This document shows, in pieces, positions 9,175 to 17,853 of a stretch of DNA of 64,000 bases. The stretch spans positions 277-64,276 of the forward strand of contig CAIPHQ010000167.1 in NCBI GenBank assembly GCA_903864895.1. The letters run 5' to 3'. The DNA is from an uncultured Rhodospirillales bacterium (GTDB lineage: Bacteria; Pseudomonadota; Alphaproteobacteria; Acetobacterales; Acetobacteraceae). Position numbers and translations under genes: made by a program. Under the pieces are notes generated by a model. That model searched no databases. It had not been told where the DNA came from and saw nothing but the letters and a program-made list of their open reading frames with translations. Position 1 is the first letter of the stretch; each line of letters begins with the position of its first letter.

Positions 9175-9942
9175 CTATGCCACCGCGCCGAGAAACTCGT
9201 TCACCACATCGGCGAATTCGGCGGCGCGCGTGGCCGGGTAGAAATGCCCGCCGCCGTCCAGCATGTGCAGCGTGCTGCCCGGCAACGCGGCGTGCAGCGC
9301 CTGTTGCAGATTGGGCGGAACCACCCGGTCATCGCCGGTGCCAATGATCAGCACCGGTGCGGCAGGCGGCGGCAGGGCCGCGCCGTCGAACGCCATCAGC
9401 GCGTCGATGCGCTCGCCGATCACCGTGGCATCCGCCTCGCTGGCATCCGGCGCTGGCGGGTGGGCGGCGACCCAATCCGGCGAAAAGCCCAGCAGGGCCC
9501 CGATCTGCACATAGGCCACCGGGTCACTGGCCAGCACCCGCCGCCGCATGGCGAATTGCACACGCATATAGGTGTCGCTGCGATGCCACGTGCCGCTGAG
9601 GATCAGCTTGCGTACCCGCTGCGGCGCGACAGCCGCGATCGTCTGCGCGGTCACACCGCCCATCGAATGCCCCAGCACATCGGCGGTGGCGATGCCATGC
9701 GCGTCCAGCACTGCCAGCGCATCCTCGGCAATGCAGGCCACATCCATCCGCGCCGTGCCCCGGCTGCTGCGCCCGATGCCGCGCTGGTCGAAGCGGATCA
9801 GCGTGCGGCCCGCCAGCAGCGGCAGCGCCGCATCCCAGAACGCCGCCCGGCCGCTGAGGCCGGTGATCAGCAGCAGCGGCGGCCCGTTGCCGGAGATGTC
9901 ACTGTGCAGGATCGCCCCATCGGGCCTGGCAACAAGAGTCAT
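9175..9942 (-). CDS. alpha/beta-fold hydrolase
   Basis: 255 aa. Nucleophile elbow GHSMGG, HG-type region LLLITGLSG, and C-terminal His (GGGHF). The start ATG overlaps the upstream stop (ATGA at 9939-9942). Confidence 0.8.
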   Translation of the reverse strand: MTLVARPDGAILHSDISGNGPPLLLITGLSGRAAFWDAALPLLAGRTLIRFDQRGIGRSSRGTARMDVACIAEDALAVLDAHGIATADVLGHSMGGVTAQTIAAVAPQRVRKLILSGTWHRSDTYMRVQFAMRRRVLASDPVAYVQIGALLGFSPDWVAAHPPAPDASEADATVIGERIDALMAFDGAALPPPAAPVLIIGTGDDRVVPPNLQQALHAALPGSTLHMLDGGGHFYPATRAAEFADVVNEFLGAVA

Positions 9943-10880
9943 GGCGGGTCCAGTTCGGTACGCAGGGCGCGCAGGGCGGCAATGCGGGCATCGCGCCACG
10001 CCGTGCGCGCGGGCAGGTCCGTCAGCGGCAGTGCGGCCCGGCGGGCGCTGTCCAGCATGGCCACCAGTTCGGGTGTCACCACCTTGTCCGTGGCTCCGGC
10101 TTCCTGTGCCATGCCGTCGAAGATGAAGCCGTAGCGGCCCAGATAATCGGCGATGCCGCCCGGCGCGTTCAGGTCGATGCCCGCCAGCGGCCCCATGAAC
10201 GCCCAGCGCAGCCCGAACCCGTCTCCGATCAGGCGGTCCACGTCTTCGGGCGACATCAGGCCTTCCGAAATGGTGCGGAACATCTCGATCAGCAGCGCGC
10301 CTTGCAGCCGGTTCATCACGAAGCCCGGCGTCTCGCGCCGCACCAGCACCGGCACCTGCCCCACATCGCGCATCACGGCAAACGCCCGGTCGATCAGCGC
10401 CTGCGGGGTGAACGGCGCGCCCACCACCTCGACCACCGGCATCAGATGCGGCGGTGTCGCCGGGTGCACCACAAGGCAGCGCGCCCGCCCCGGCAGGCCG
10501 GCGGCAAAGCGCGAGATGCCGAAGCTGGAGGTGGAACTGGCCAGTAGCGCGCCGGGTTCGGCCAGTGCATCCATCCCGGCGAACAGCGCGGCCTTCACCG
10601 GCAGCGATTCGCTGGCGCATTCCTGCACCCACTGCGCACCCGCCAGCGCCTCGGCCAGCGTGGCGCAGACGGTGATGCGGGCCATCAGCGTCGCGATGGC
10701 CACATCAGGTGCGACGGCCTGCGCCCGGGCGGCGGCCTGTTCGATGCGGGCGGGCAGCGTGGCGCGGCGGTCCTCATTGCGCTCGTACACCGCCACCTGC
10801 CAGCCAGCGCGGGCGAACACGATGGCCCATGAGGCCCCGATGATGCCTGCGCCCGCAATGGCGGCGCGCGGCGCGGTCAT
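9939..10880 (-). CDS. 3-hydroxyacyl-CoA dehydrogenase-family protein, lambda-crystallin/L-carnitine-dehydrogenase-like subgroup
   Basis: Rossmann motif AIAGAGIIGASWAIVFARAG. C-terminal block GFGLRWAFMGPLAGIDLNAPGGIADYLGRYG resembles L-gulonate/L-carnitine 3-dehydrogenases. Start at M51 of the listed ORF, overlapping the upstream stop (ATGA). Confidence 0.75.
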   Translation of the reverse strand: MTAPRAAIAGAGIIGASWAIVFARAGWQVAVYERNEDRRATLPARIEQAAARAQAVAPDVAIATLMARITVCATLAEALAGAQWVQECASESLPVKAALFAGMDALAEPGALLASSTSSFGISRFAAGLPGRARCLVVHPATPPHLMPVVEVVGAPFTPQALIDRAFAVMRDVGQVPVLVRRETPGFVMNRLQGALLIEMFRTISEGLMSPEDVDRLIGDGFGLRWAFMGPLAGIDLNAPGGIADYLGRYGFIFDGMAQEAGATDKVVTPELVAMLDSARRAALPLTDLPARTAWRDARIAALRALRTELDPP

Positions 10881-11191
10881 CGGATGGGCGAGAACGAGGA
10901 GGGGGTCAGGATGCGGGTTTCCTGCGTCTCGATCAGGTGCGTGACCATATCCAGATACGCATGCCAGCGCGGGTCGGCCAGCATCCGCCCGCGCCGGGCG
11001 CTGCGGTCGGCCAGATCGTCGTAGCGCCACAGCGACACCACGCGGTTCAACTCGCCGATTTCGGTGGTGAAGTAGCCCAGCAGCCCGCCCAGAAACTCAA
11101 GTTGCAGCGGCAGGCCGTGTTCCGTGTAGGTGGCGACGAACAGGCCAAGCTTGCCGGTGCGGATGCGGTAGTCACGTTCCTCGACGATCAT
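10877..11191 (-). CDS. NIPSNAP family protein
   Basis: 104 aa. MIVEERDYRIRTGKL...ELNRVVSLWRYDDLADR is typical of the NIPSNAP dimeric alpha-beta barrel. ATGA overlap at both ends. Confidence 0.7.
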   Translation of the reverse strand: MIVEERDYRIRTGKLGLFVATYTEHGLPLQLEFLGGLLGYFTTEIGELNRVVSLWRYDDLADRSARRGRMLADPRWHAYLDMVTHLIETQETRILTPSSFSPIR

Positions 11192-11706
11192 GATGCGGGT
11201 CCTTGGGTCTGTGCGGTCCAGCCGAACACGGTGCGGCGCTCAATTTCGGCCACATCATCGGGGCGGGGGAAGGGGGCGGGGGCGGGTTCGCCCGGCGTGC
11301 GCGGGCGTCCGATGGCGGCGAAGAACGTGTCGAGCCCGCCTGGCATCAGCATCCACAGATAGGTCAGCGGCGCATCCGGCGGCGCGTGGAAACTGTGGCG
11401 GCTGTTGGCGGCCAGATACACCGCCGCCCCCGGGGCCAGCGCATGGTCCTCGCCATCCAGCCGCACGGTGCCGGTGCCATCCAGCACGTAGATCAGTTCG
11501 TCATGCGCGTCATGCGCGTGCTCGCGCACGAAGGCTCCGGGGGCGACGGTCTGCGTGCCCATCGAAAACGGCGCCTGCGCGCCCACGGCGGCGCTGTTGA
11601 GGATGCAGCGCACGAAGCCATTGGCGGGCACGGGCTGCCAGAAGGAGTCCCCGCCGTCCGGCCCCACCACCACCGACCGGCCCGCCTGCACCGGAGCATC
11701 CATCAT
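11188..11706 (-). CDS. cupin domain protein
   Basis: Cupin motifs G(x)5HxH..E (VREHAHDAHDELIYVLDGTG) and G..(x)..H (AANSRHSFH). Start at MMDAPV (11706/11703). Stop overlaps the next gene. Confidence 0.7.
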   Translation of the reverse strand: MMDAPVQAGRSVVVGPDGGDSFWQPVPANGFVRCILNSAAVGAQAPFSMGTQTVAPGAFVREHAHDAHDELIYVLDGTGTVRLDGEDHALAPGAAVYLAANSRHSFHAPPDAPLTYLWMLMPGGLDTFFAAIGRPRTPGEPAPAPFPRPDDVAEIERRTVFGWTAQTQGPAS

Positions 11707-11848
11707 CTGCCGCCTCTCCCTGACCGGCCCATGCTGTGCCGTATGCCGCCATCCTGACAAGGCACTGCCGTGGCGTGATGCAGACCGGCTCATGCGGCGG
11801 GCTGATGACGCTCCGCGCGGATCATGCTTTCATGTTAGATGACCGCAG

Positions 11849-11865
11849 CGTGGCACCATGCCACG
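11849..11865. promoter_or_regulatory. perfect 17-bp palindrome in a divergent promoter region (candidate operator)
   Basis: CGTGGCA-CCA-TGCCACG read directly at 11849-11865. It lies next to an unusually AT-rich patch (atcatgctttcatgttagatga, 11821-11842), between the cupin operon and the desaturase-like gene. Confidence 0.35.
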
Positions 11866-11976
11866 GAAGCAAGGTGTTCGCGGCGGCCAGGGCGGACACC
11901 ATCATCGAGGCGCACCGGCGGACGGGGTCACCCGGACCCGGCGGCAGCCCCGGAACAGGCGTGCTGGGAGGATGCT

Positions 11977-13086
11977 GTGGCAGAAGGCTTCGTGAAGCGC
12001 GACTACTCGCTGGTTGGGCCGCTGAATGCGCGGGCGGTGGAACTCGGGCTGGCGAATGCGGAGTGGTACCGCACCCCCATCCCGCGCGACCGCATGAAGC
12101 AGTTGATGAAACGCAGCGATGCCCCGGCCACGCGCGACACGCTGCTGTGGATCGGCCTGCTGATCGCCACCGGCGGTCTGGGCGCCTATTTCTGGCCAAC
12201 ATGGTGGTGCGTGCCGTTCTTTTTCGTCTACGGCGTGCTGTATGGCTCGGCCGGGGACAGCCGCTGGCATGAATGCGGCCACGGCACCGCGTTCAAGACG
12301 CAGTGGAAGAACGACGCGGTCTATCAGCTGGCCTGCTTCTTCATGATCCGCAACCCGACCGTCTGGCGCTGGAGCCACTCGCGCCACCACACGGACACCA
12401 TCATCGTCGGCCGCGACCCGGAGATCATCACGCCGCGCCCGCCGGATGTGCAGTCTCTGCTGCTGAACATCTTCGGCATTCTGGACGTGCCGCGCGGTCT
12501 GGCCATGATGTGCCGTTACGCGATGGGCACGCTGACGCCCGCCGAGCAGGATTTCATCCCCGGCAGCGAGCGCGGCAAGGTGGTGGGCACCGCGCGGGTG
12601 TGGCTGGCAATCTATCTGGCGGTCGTGGTGGCCTGCGTGTGGATGCAGTCGATCCTGCCGCTGATGCTGATCGGCCTGCCGCGCATGTATGGCGCGTGGC
12701 ATCACATTCTGACCGGCGTGACGCAGCATATCGGGCTGGCCGAGGACGTGCTGGACCACCGGCTGAACTGCCGCACGGTGTACATGAACCCGTTTAGCCG
12801 CTTTGTGTACTGGAACATGAACTACCACGTGGAACACCACATGTTCCCGATGGTCCCGTACCACGCGCTGCCGGACCTGCATCGTGAGATGCTGAAGGAT
12901 TGCCCGAAGCCCTACAGCAGCTTCTTCGATGCGTATCGCGAGATCATCCCCGCCCTGATCCATCAGTTGCGCGACCCGGCGTTCTTCGTGCATCGCAGCC
13001 TGCCCTCCACCGCCCGCCCGGCGCAGCCCGGACCGTTGGCCGAGGAACTCGGCTTCGACGGGATGCACGCCGCCCACGCCGACTGA
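11977..13086 (+). CDS. membrane fatty-acid-desaturase-family (di-iron, His-box) protein
   Basis: His boxes HECGHG, HSRHH and HVEHH. Hydrophobic helices. GTG 11977 preceded by GGGAGGA (369 aa). The ORF is open from 11839, but that extension is Arg/Pro-rich. Confidence 0.75.
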   Translation: MAEGFVKRDYSLVGPLNARAVELGLANAEWYRTPIPRDRMKQLMKRSDAPATRDTLLWIGLLIATGGLGAYFWPTWWCVPFFFVYGVLYGSAGDSRWHECGHGTAFKTQWKNDAVYQLACFFMIRNPTVWRWSHSRHHTDTIIVGRDPEIITPRPPDVQSLLLNIFGILDVPRGLAMMCRYAMGTLTPAEQDFIPGSERGKVVGTARVWLAIYLAVVVACVWMQSILPLMLIGLPRMYGAWHHILTGVTQHIGLAEDVLDHRLNCRTVYMNPFSRFVYWNMNYHVEHHMFPMVPYHALPDLHREMLKDCPKPYSSFFDAYREIIPALIHQLRDPAFFVHRSLPSTARPAQPGPLAEELGFDGMHAAHAD

Positions 13087-13108
13087 ACGACGCACCGGAG
13101 CACACCGA

Positions 13109-14020
13109 ATGCTGGCGAAACTGGGGATCGCGCCGATTGCGTGGTCCAATGATGACCTGCCGGAACTCGGCGGCGAGACGACGCTGGAAACCTGCCTGCG
13201 TGAGAGTGCGGCGGCCGGGTTCACCGGGGTGGAAACCGGTGGCAAATTCCCGAAAACGGCCGCCGGACTGCGCCCGAAACTGGCGGAATTCGGCCTGAAC
13301 CTCGCCTCCGGCTGGTTTTCCGGCACGGTGCTGGACGCGCCGGACGATCTGGCCGCCGAGAAGGACCGGGTGGCACCGCAACTGGCGCTGTTCCGCGAAC
13401 TCGGGGCTGCCTGTCTGGCCTATGGCGAGACGGCGGGCACCATCCAGAACGTGCGCAGCGCACCGCTGGCCACGCGGCGGCGGCTGTCCGAAGACCAGAT
13501 CAAGGTCTATGGCCGCCGCCTGACCCGCTTTGCCGAGCATTGCGCGGATGCTGGGATGCCGCTGGGCTTTCATCACCACATGGCGACCGCCATCGAGACC
13601 GAGCAAGACCTCGACCTGCTGATGCAGCACACCGGCCCGGCGGTGGGGCTGCTGTACGACGCGGGGCACATGCGCTTTGCGGGCGGTGACGTGCTGCGGG
13701 TGATCGGCAAGCACGGCAAGCGCATCATCCACGCACACATGAAGGACGTACGCGGCCCGGTCATCGCCGGGCTGGACCGCAGCAAGCAGTCGTTTCTGGA
13801 TGCGGTGCTGGAGGGCGCCTTCACCGTGCCGGGCGACGGGGCCATCGACTTCATGGCCGTGGTGCAACGGCTGGCCGATGTGGGCTACGAAGGCTGGTTC
13901 GTGGTGGAGGCCGAGCAGGACCCGGCCAAGGCCCCGCCTGCCGAATACGCCGGGATCGGCTATCGCACGCTGACCGCAGCACTCGCCAAGGCCGGATACA
14001 CGCTCGCCCCGCGCGGCTAG
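13109..14020 (+). CDS. iolE: myo-inosose-2 dehydratase (IolE)-like TIM-barrel protein
   Basis: LGIAPIAWSNDDLPELG, GFHHHMATAIETEQDLDLLM, GLLYDAGHM, HAHMKDVR and FTVPGDGAIDF..GWFVVEAEQDP are collinear with B. subtilis IolE as I remember it. Confidence 0.75.
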   Translation: MLAKLGIAPIAWSNDDLPELGGETTLETCLRESAAAGFTGVETGGKFPKTAAGLRPKLAEFGLNLASGWFSGTVLDAPDDLAAEKDRVAPQLALFRELGAACLAYGETAGTIQNVRSAPLATRRRLSEDQIKVYGRRLTRFAEHCADAGMPLGFHHHMATAIETEQDLDLLMQHTGPAVGLLYDAGHMRFAGGDVLRVIGKHGKRIIHAHMKDVRGPVIAGLDRSKQSFLDAVLEGAFTVPGDGAIDFMAVVQRLADVGYEGWFVVEAEQDPAKAPPAEYAGIGYRTLTAALAKAGYTLAPRG

Positions 14021-14115
14021 CAGCGCCCCGCCCGTTGCCTGTTACGGCAGCGGCAGTGCAGGATCGGCCCCAGAACGCCGCCCGGTGAACGGAAGCGGCA
14101 GCAGGGGGGCGATCC

Positions 14116-15552
14116 ATGTACGAGAATTTCGGCCTGTTCATCGGCGGTGAATGGCGCACGCAGGGCGGTTTGGGCCGGCAGGAGGTGTTCGACCCCGCCA
14201 CCGGCGCATTGCTGGGCGCGGTGCCCGCCGCCGATGCCGCCGATGTGTCCGAAGCCATTGCCAGTGCCGAGGCGGGGCTGGCGCTGTGGCGCGATACCCC
14301 GGCGTGGACGCGCGCGGAATTGCTGCACGCCTGCGCCGAGATCATGCGTGCCCGCACCGAGGAAGCCATTCGCTGCATCACGCAGGAAACCGGCAAGCCG
14401 CTGGCGCAGTCGCGCCGGGAATGGGGCCTGTCGGCCGACCAGTTCCGCTGGTACGCCGAGGAAGCCCGCCGTATCTATGGCCGCGTGGTGGAAAGCCGCG
14501 CCCCGGGCGGGCGGGTGGAAGTGCTGCACGCCCCGGTGGGTGTGGTCGCCGCGTTCACCGCATGGAATTTCCCGGCGTTTCTGGTGGCCCGCAAGGTGGC
14601 CCCGGCGCTGGCCGCCGGGTGCTCGGTGGTGGTGCGGCCCTCGAACGAAACCCCCGGATCGGCGATGATTCTGGTGGATTGCTGCAAGCAGGCCGGAATT
14701 CCGGCGGGTGTGGTCAATCTGGTGATTGGTCCCACCTCGACCACCTATGCCACGCTGATGGCCTCCCCCGCAGTCCGCAAGGTCTCGCTCACCGGGTCCA
14801 CCGCCGTCGGCCAGCAGATGCTGCGCGACGCCGCCGCCACGCTGAAGCGCGCCAGCATGGAATTGGGCGGCAACGCGCCGTTCATCGTGTTCCCGGAAGC
14901 CAATGTGGACACGGTGCTGGACATCGCGGTGCCGACCAAATTCGCCAATGCCGGGCAGGTCTGCGTGTCGCCCGACCGGTTCTATGTGCATGAAAGCCTG
15001 CACGATGCGTTCGTGACCGGCTTCGTGCAGCGCGCCCGGGCGCTGAAGCTTGGCCACGGGCTGGATGAGTCCACGCAGATGGGGCCGCTGATCAACCAGC
15101 GCCGGGTGGATGCCATTGAAAAAGTGGTGGAGGACGCGCGCGCCCATGGCGGGCGCATCGAAACCGGCGGCCGCCGCCCGCCGGGCCAGAACAAGGGCTT
15201 CTACTTCGAGCCCACCGTCATCACCGGCCTGCCGGACAGCGCGCAGGCACTGGCACAGGAGAATTTCGGCCCCGTCGCCGCCATCACCACCTTCTCGACC
15301 AGTGACGAGGTGTACCGCCGCGCCAATGACAGCGAGCATGGTCTGGCCGCCTACGTGTTCAGCCGCGACCCGGCGCGGATGCGCGAGGCCGTCACGCGCA
15401 TCGAGGCGGGCATGATCGGCGTGAACAGCGTGGCGCTGGCCGCCGCCGAAGCGCCGTTCGGCGGCATCAAGGCCAGCGGCATGGGCCGCGAGGGCGGGGC
15501 GGAGGGGATTGACGACTATCTGAACGTCAAGCTCGCGCAGGTGGCCGTCTAG
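14116..15552 (+). CDS. NAD(P)-dependent aldehyde dehydrogenase (succinate-semialdehyde dehydrogenase-like)
   Basis: 478 aa. FTAWNFP, KVSLTGST, catalytic MELGGNAP and GQVCVSPDR motifs. Confidence 0.85.
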   Translation: MYENFGLFIGGEWRTQGGLGRQEVFDPATGALLGAVPAADAADVSEAIASAEAGLALWRDTPAWTRAELLHACAEIMRARTEEAIRCITQETGKPLAQSRREWGLSADQFRWYAEEARRIYGRVVESRAPGGRVEVLHAPVGVVAAFTAWNFPAFLVARKVAPALAAGCSVVVRPSNETPGSAMILVDCCKQAGIPAGVVNLVIGPTSTTYATLMASPAVRKVSLTGSTAVGQQMLRDAAATLKRASMELGGNAPFIVFPEANVDTVLDIAVPTKFANAGQVCVSPDRFYVHESLHDAFVTGFVQRARALKLGHGLDESTQMGPLINQRRVDAIEKVVEDARAHGGRIETGGRRPPGQNKGFYFEPTVITGLPDSAQALAQENFGPVAAITTFSTSDEVYRRANDSEHGLAAYVFSRDPARMREAVTRIEAGMIGVNSVALAAAEAPFGGIKASGMGREGGAEGIDDYLNVKLAQVAV

Positions 15553-15572
15553 CGCCGCCCGCCTGCCAAAAG

Positions 15573-15604
15573 GCCTGCGGTTGCGGCGTTTGTGCGCCGC
15601 AGGC
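15573..15604 (+). terminator. stem-loop downstream of the aldehyde dehydrogenase gene
   Basis: gcctgcgg (15573-15580) pairs with ccgcaggc (15597-15604), with a 16-nt loop. There is no clear U-tract. Confidence 0.25.
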
Positions 15605-15671
15605 ATCTTGGAATGCACGCGGCCCGGCACACGTCACGGTCTCGGGTCAGTTACACTGGAGACCGGATTGC

Positions 15672-16430
15672 ATGTTGCCAGATCCCATCGTGCCGGATTG
15701 CATGTTGCAGGTGCGTGGGCTGTGCAAGTCGTTCGGCCGCCCGGCGGTGGACCATCTGGACCTGACGATCCACGCGGGGGAAATCTACGCCCTGCTCGGC
15801 CCGAACGGCGCGGGCAAGACCACCACGCTACGCATGGTCTGCGGCCTGTTGCAGCCGGACGCCGGCAGCATCCGCATCGGCGGCATCGACGCGCTGGCCG
15901 AACCGGCGCAGGCCAAGCAGATCACGGCATGGCTGGCCGATGAGCCGCTGCTGTACGACCGGCTGAACCCGCTGGAATACCTGGAATTCGTCGGCGGGCT
16001 CTGGCAGGTGCCGCCCGATGTGGCGCGCCCGCTGGCCGAGGAGTTGCTGCGCGAGTTGGGGCTGTGGCCGCATCGCGGCGAGCCGTGCGAGGGGTTCTCG
16101 CGCGGCATGAAGCAGAAAACCGCGCTGGCGGGTGCGCTGTTGCACGACCCGGCGCTGCTGGTGATGGATGAGCCGCTGAGCGGGCTGGACGCCGGGGCCT
16201 CCCGGCAGGTGAAAGACCTGCTGCGCGCCCGCGTGCGCACCGGGCGCACCGTGGTGCTGACCACGCATGTGCTGGAAGTGGCCGAACGGCTGGCGGACCG
16301 CATCGGCATCATTCGCGGCGGGCGGATGGTGGCCGAGGGCAGTTTCAGCGACCTGCGCGACCGCGCCGGTCCCGGCCAGACCACGCTGGAGGATGTGTTC
16401 CTGCACCTGACCGCCGGAGAAGTGGCGTGA
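15672..16430 (+). CDS. ABC transporter ATP-binding protein (ABC-2/export type)
   Basis: Walker A GPNGAGKTT, signature LSGL variant (PLSGLD) and Walker B LLVMDEP. GGAGA lies upstream of ATG 15672. A second in-frame ATG at 15702 sits in a duplicated 16-mer. Confidence 0.85.
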   Translation: MLPDPIVPDCMLQVRGLCKSFGRPAVDHLDLTIHAGEIYALLGPNGAGKTTTLRMVCGLLQPDAGSIRIGGIDALAEPAQAKQITAWLADEPLLYDRLNPLEYLEFVGGLWQVPPDVARPLAEELLRELGLWPHRGEPCEGFSRGMKQKTALAGALLHDPALLVMDEPLSGLDAGASRQVKDLLRARVRTGRTVVLTTHVLEVAERLADRIGIIRGGRMVAEGSFSDLRDRAGPGQTTLEDVFLHLTAGEVA

Positions 16431-17848
16431 CGCTGCCGCCCGGCTCGGTGCTGTGGCTGCTGGCGCACGACATCCGGCTGGCAGGGCGCGAGTTGCGCAC
16501 CGGGTCGCGCCGCAAGCGGCTGATGTTGCGCGGCCTGCTGATCACCATTCTGCTGGTGCTGCACGCGGCGGGCTATCTCGGCTCGGAATTTCTGGTGATC
16601 CTGCATCAGCGCAAGCCGGGGCCGCTGCTGCTGGGCGTGTCGCTGGCGCTGGCCGGGGCCGCGATGGTGTTTTTGTCCAAGGCGATTTCCGAATCTGCCG
16701 AATCGCTGTTCCAGCGCGGCGATCTGGATCTGCTGCTGTCCTCGCCCATTCCGATGCGCCGGGTATTGACCACGCGGTTGCTGGCGATTGCGGTCACGGC
16801 GGGGTTCACGACGATGCTGCTGGTGCTGCCGCTGGTCAACGGCATGATGCTGGACGGCGAGTTCGCATGGGCGGGTCTGTATCCGGCGCTGATTGGCATG
16901 GCGCTGCTGGCCGCCGCCTTCGGGGCGGTTTTCACGTTCGGGCTGCTGGCATGGCTGGGCCCGCGCTGGACCAAGATTGCCGCGCGTGCGCTGGCCGCCG
17001 TGTTCGGCGGGCTGACCTTCGTGTTCATTCAGGCCAAGCTGATTCTGGGTGCCAGGCTGCGCGGCGAGATCTGGACGGCGCTGGAGCCGGACGGCACGCC
17101 GTGGGGCGTGCTGTGGTGGCCGGGCCGTGCGGCGCTGGGTGAGACACTGCCGATGATCGTGGTGTTTGTGGTGGCGGTGCTGGCCGTGATGCTGGCCAGC
17201 GCGGCGCTGGGCCGCGCCTATGCGGCGGGCGTGATGGGCACGCTGGCCCTGCCGCGCGGTGCGCGGGTGGCGGGGGTGGCACGCCGGTTCGAGGGCGGCA
17301 CGTTGCGTGCGCTGCTGCGCAAGGAATGGCTGCTGATGCTGCGCCATCCGGGTCTGGGCGCGCAGGTGTTCTATCAGGCGGTGTTTCTGGTGCCCGGCAC
17401 GGTGGCCATGCTGAACGTGGGCGGGCCAGGGCGGGACTCACCGGCCGGCGTGGTGTTCCTGACCGCGATGATGACCGGGCGGATCACCAAGATCATCGTG
17501 GCCGCGCCGTTCGAGTCCGACCAGTCCGAGGGGCTGGCCGCCACGTCGCCGGTGCCGCACCGGATGGTGCTGCGCGCCAAGGTGCTGGTGACTTCGCTGG
17601 TGGTGGGGGTCATCGCCGGTTTGCCGGTGCTGGCCATCGGCTGGTTTGTGGCCGCCGCGGTGCCCGCGCTGTGGCTGGCCAGCGCGGCGGCTGCGGCGAC
17701 CCGAATGGGGCTGGCCATCGCGCGGCCCCGGCATTTGTGGCGCAAGGGCCTGCAAGGCCGCCTGCGTGTCAGCACCGATGGGGTGCTGGGTGTGGCGATC
17801 GATATCGGCTGGGGCGTGGCCGGGGCGCTGCTGTTCCGGTTCGTCTGA
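16427..17848 (+). CDS. multi-pass membrane protein, putative ABC-exporter permease partner
   Basis: 473 aa and very hydrophobic (at least 10 predicted helices). GTGA overlap with the ATPase gene. Confidence 0.6.
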   Translation: MTLPPGSVLWLLAHDIRLAGRELRTGSRRKRLMLRGLLITILLVLHAAGYLGSEFLVILHQRKPGPLLLGVSLALAGAAMVFLSKAISESAESLFQRGDLDLLLSSPIPMRRVLTTRLLAIAVTAGFTTMLLVLPLVNGMMLDGEFAWAGLYPALIGMALLAAAFGAVFTFGLLAWLGPRWTKIAARALAAVFGGLTFVFIQAKLILGARLRGEIWTALEPDGTPWGVLWWPGRAALGETLPMIVVFVVAVLAVMLASAALGRAYAAGVMGTLALPRGARVAGVARRFEGGTLRALLRKEWLLMLRHPGLGAQVFYQAVFLVPGTVAMLNVGGPGRDSPAGVVFLTAMMTGRITKIIVAAPFESDQSEGLAATSPVPHRMVLRAKVLVTSLVVGVIAGLPVLAIGWFVAAAVPALWLASAAAAATRMGLAIARPRHLWRKGLQGRLRVSTDGVLGVAIDIGWGVAGALLFRFV

Positions 17849-17853
17849 GCCGG

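Noticed and set aside
11851-11866. TGGCAC read as a sigma54 -24 element
   Set aside because: The position expected for the -12 element reads CACGG rather than TTGC(A/T). The sequence is better explained as one arm of the 17-bp palindrome.
14017-17347. Long minus-strand ORFs 14017-15630 (537 aa) and 15785-17347 (520 aa)
   Set aside because: They are antisense to the aldehyde dehydrogenase and the ABC ATPase/permease, all of which carry canonical motifs. The products are Arg/Gly/His/Gln-rich with no motifs.
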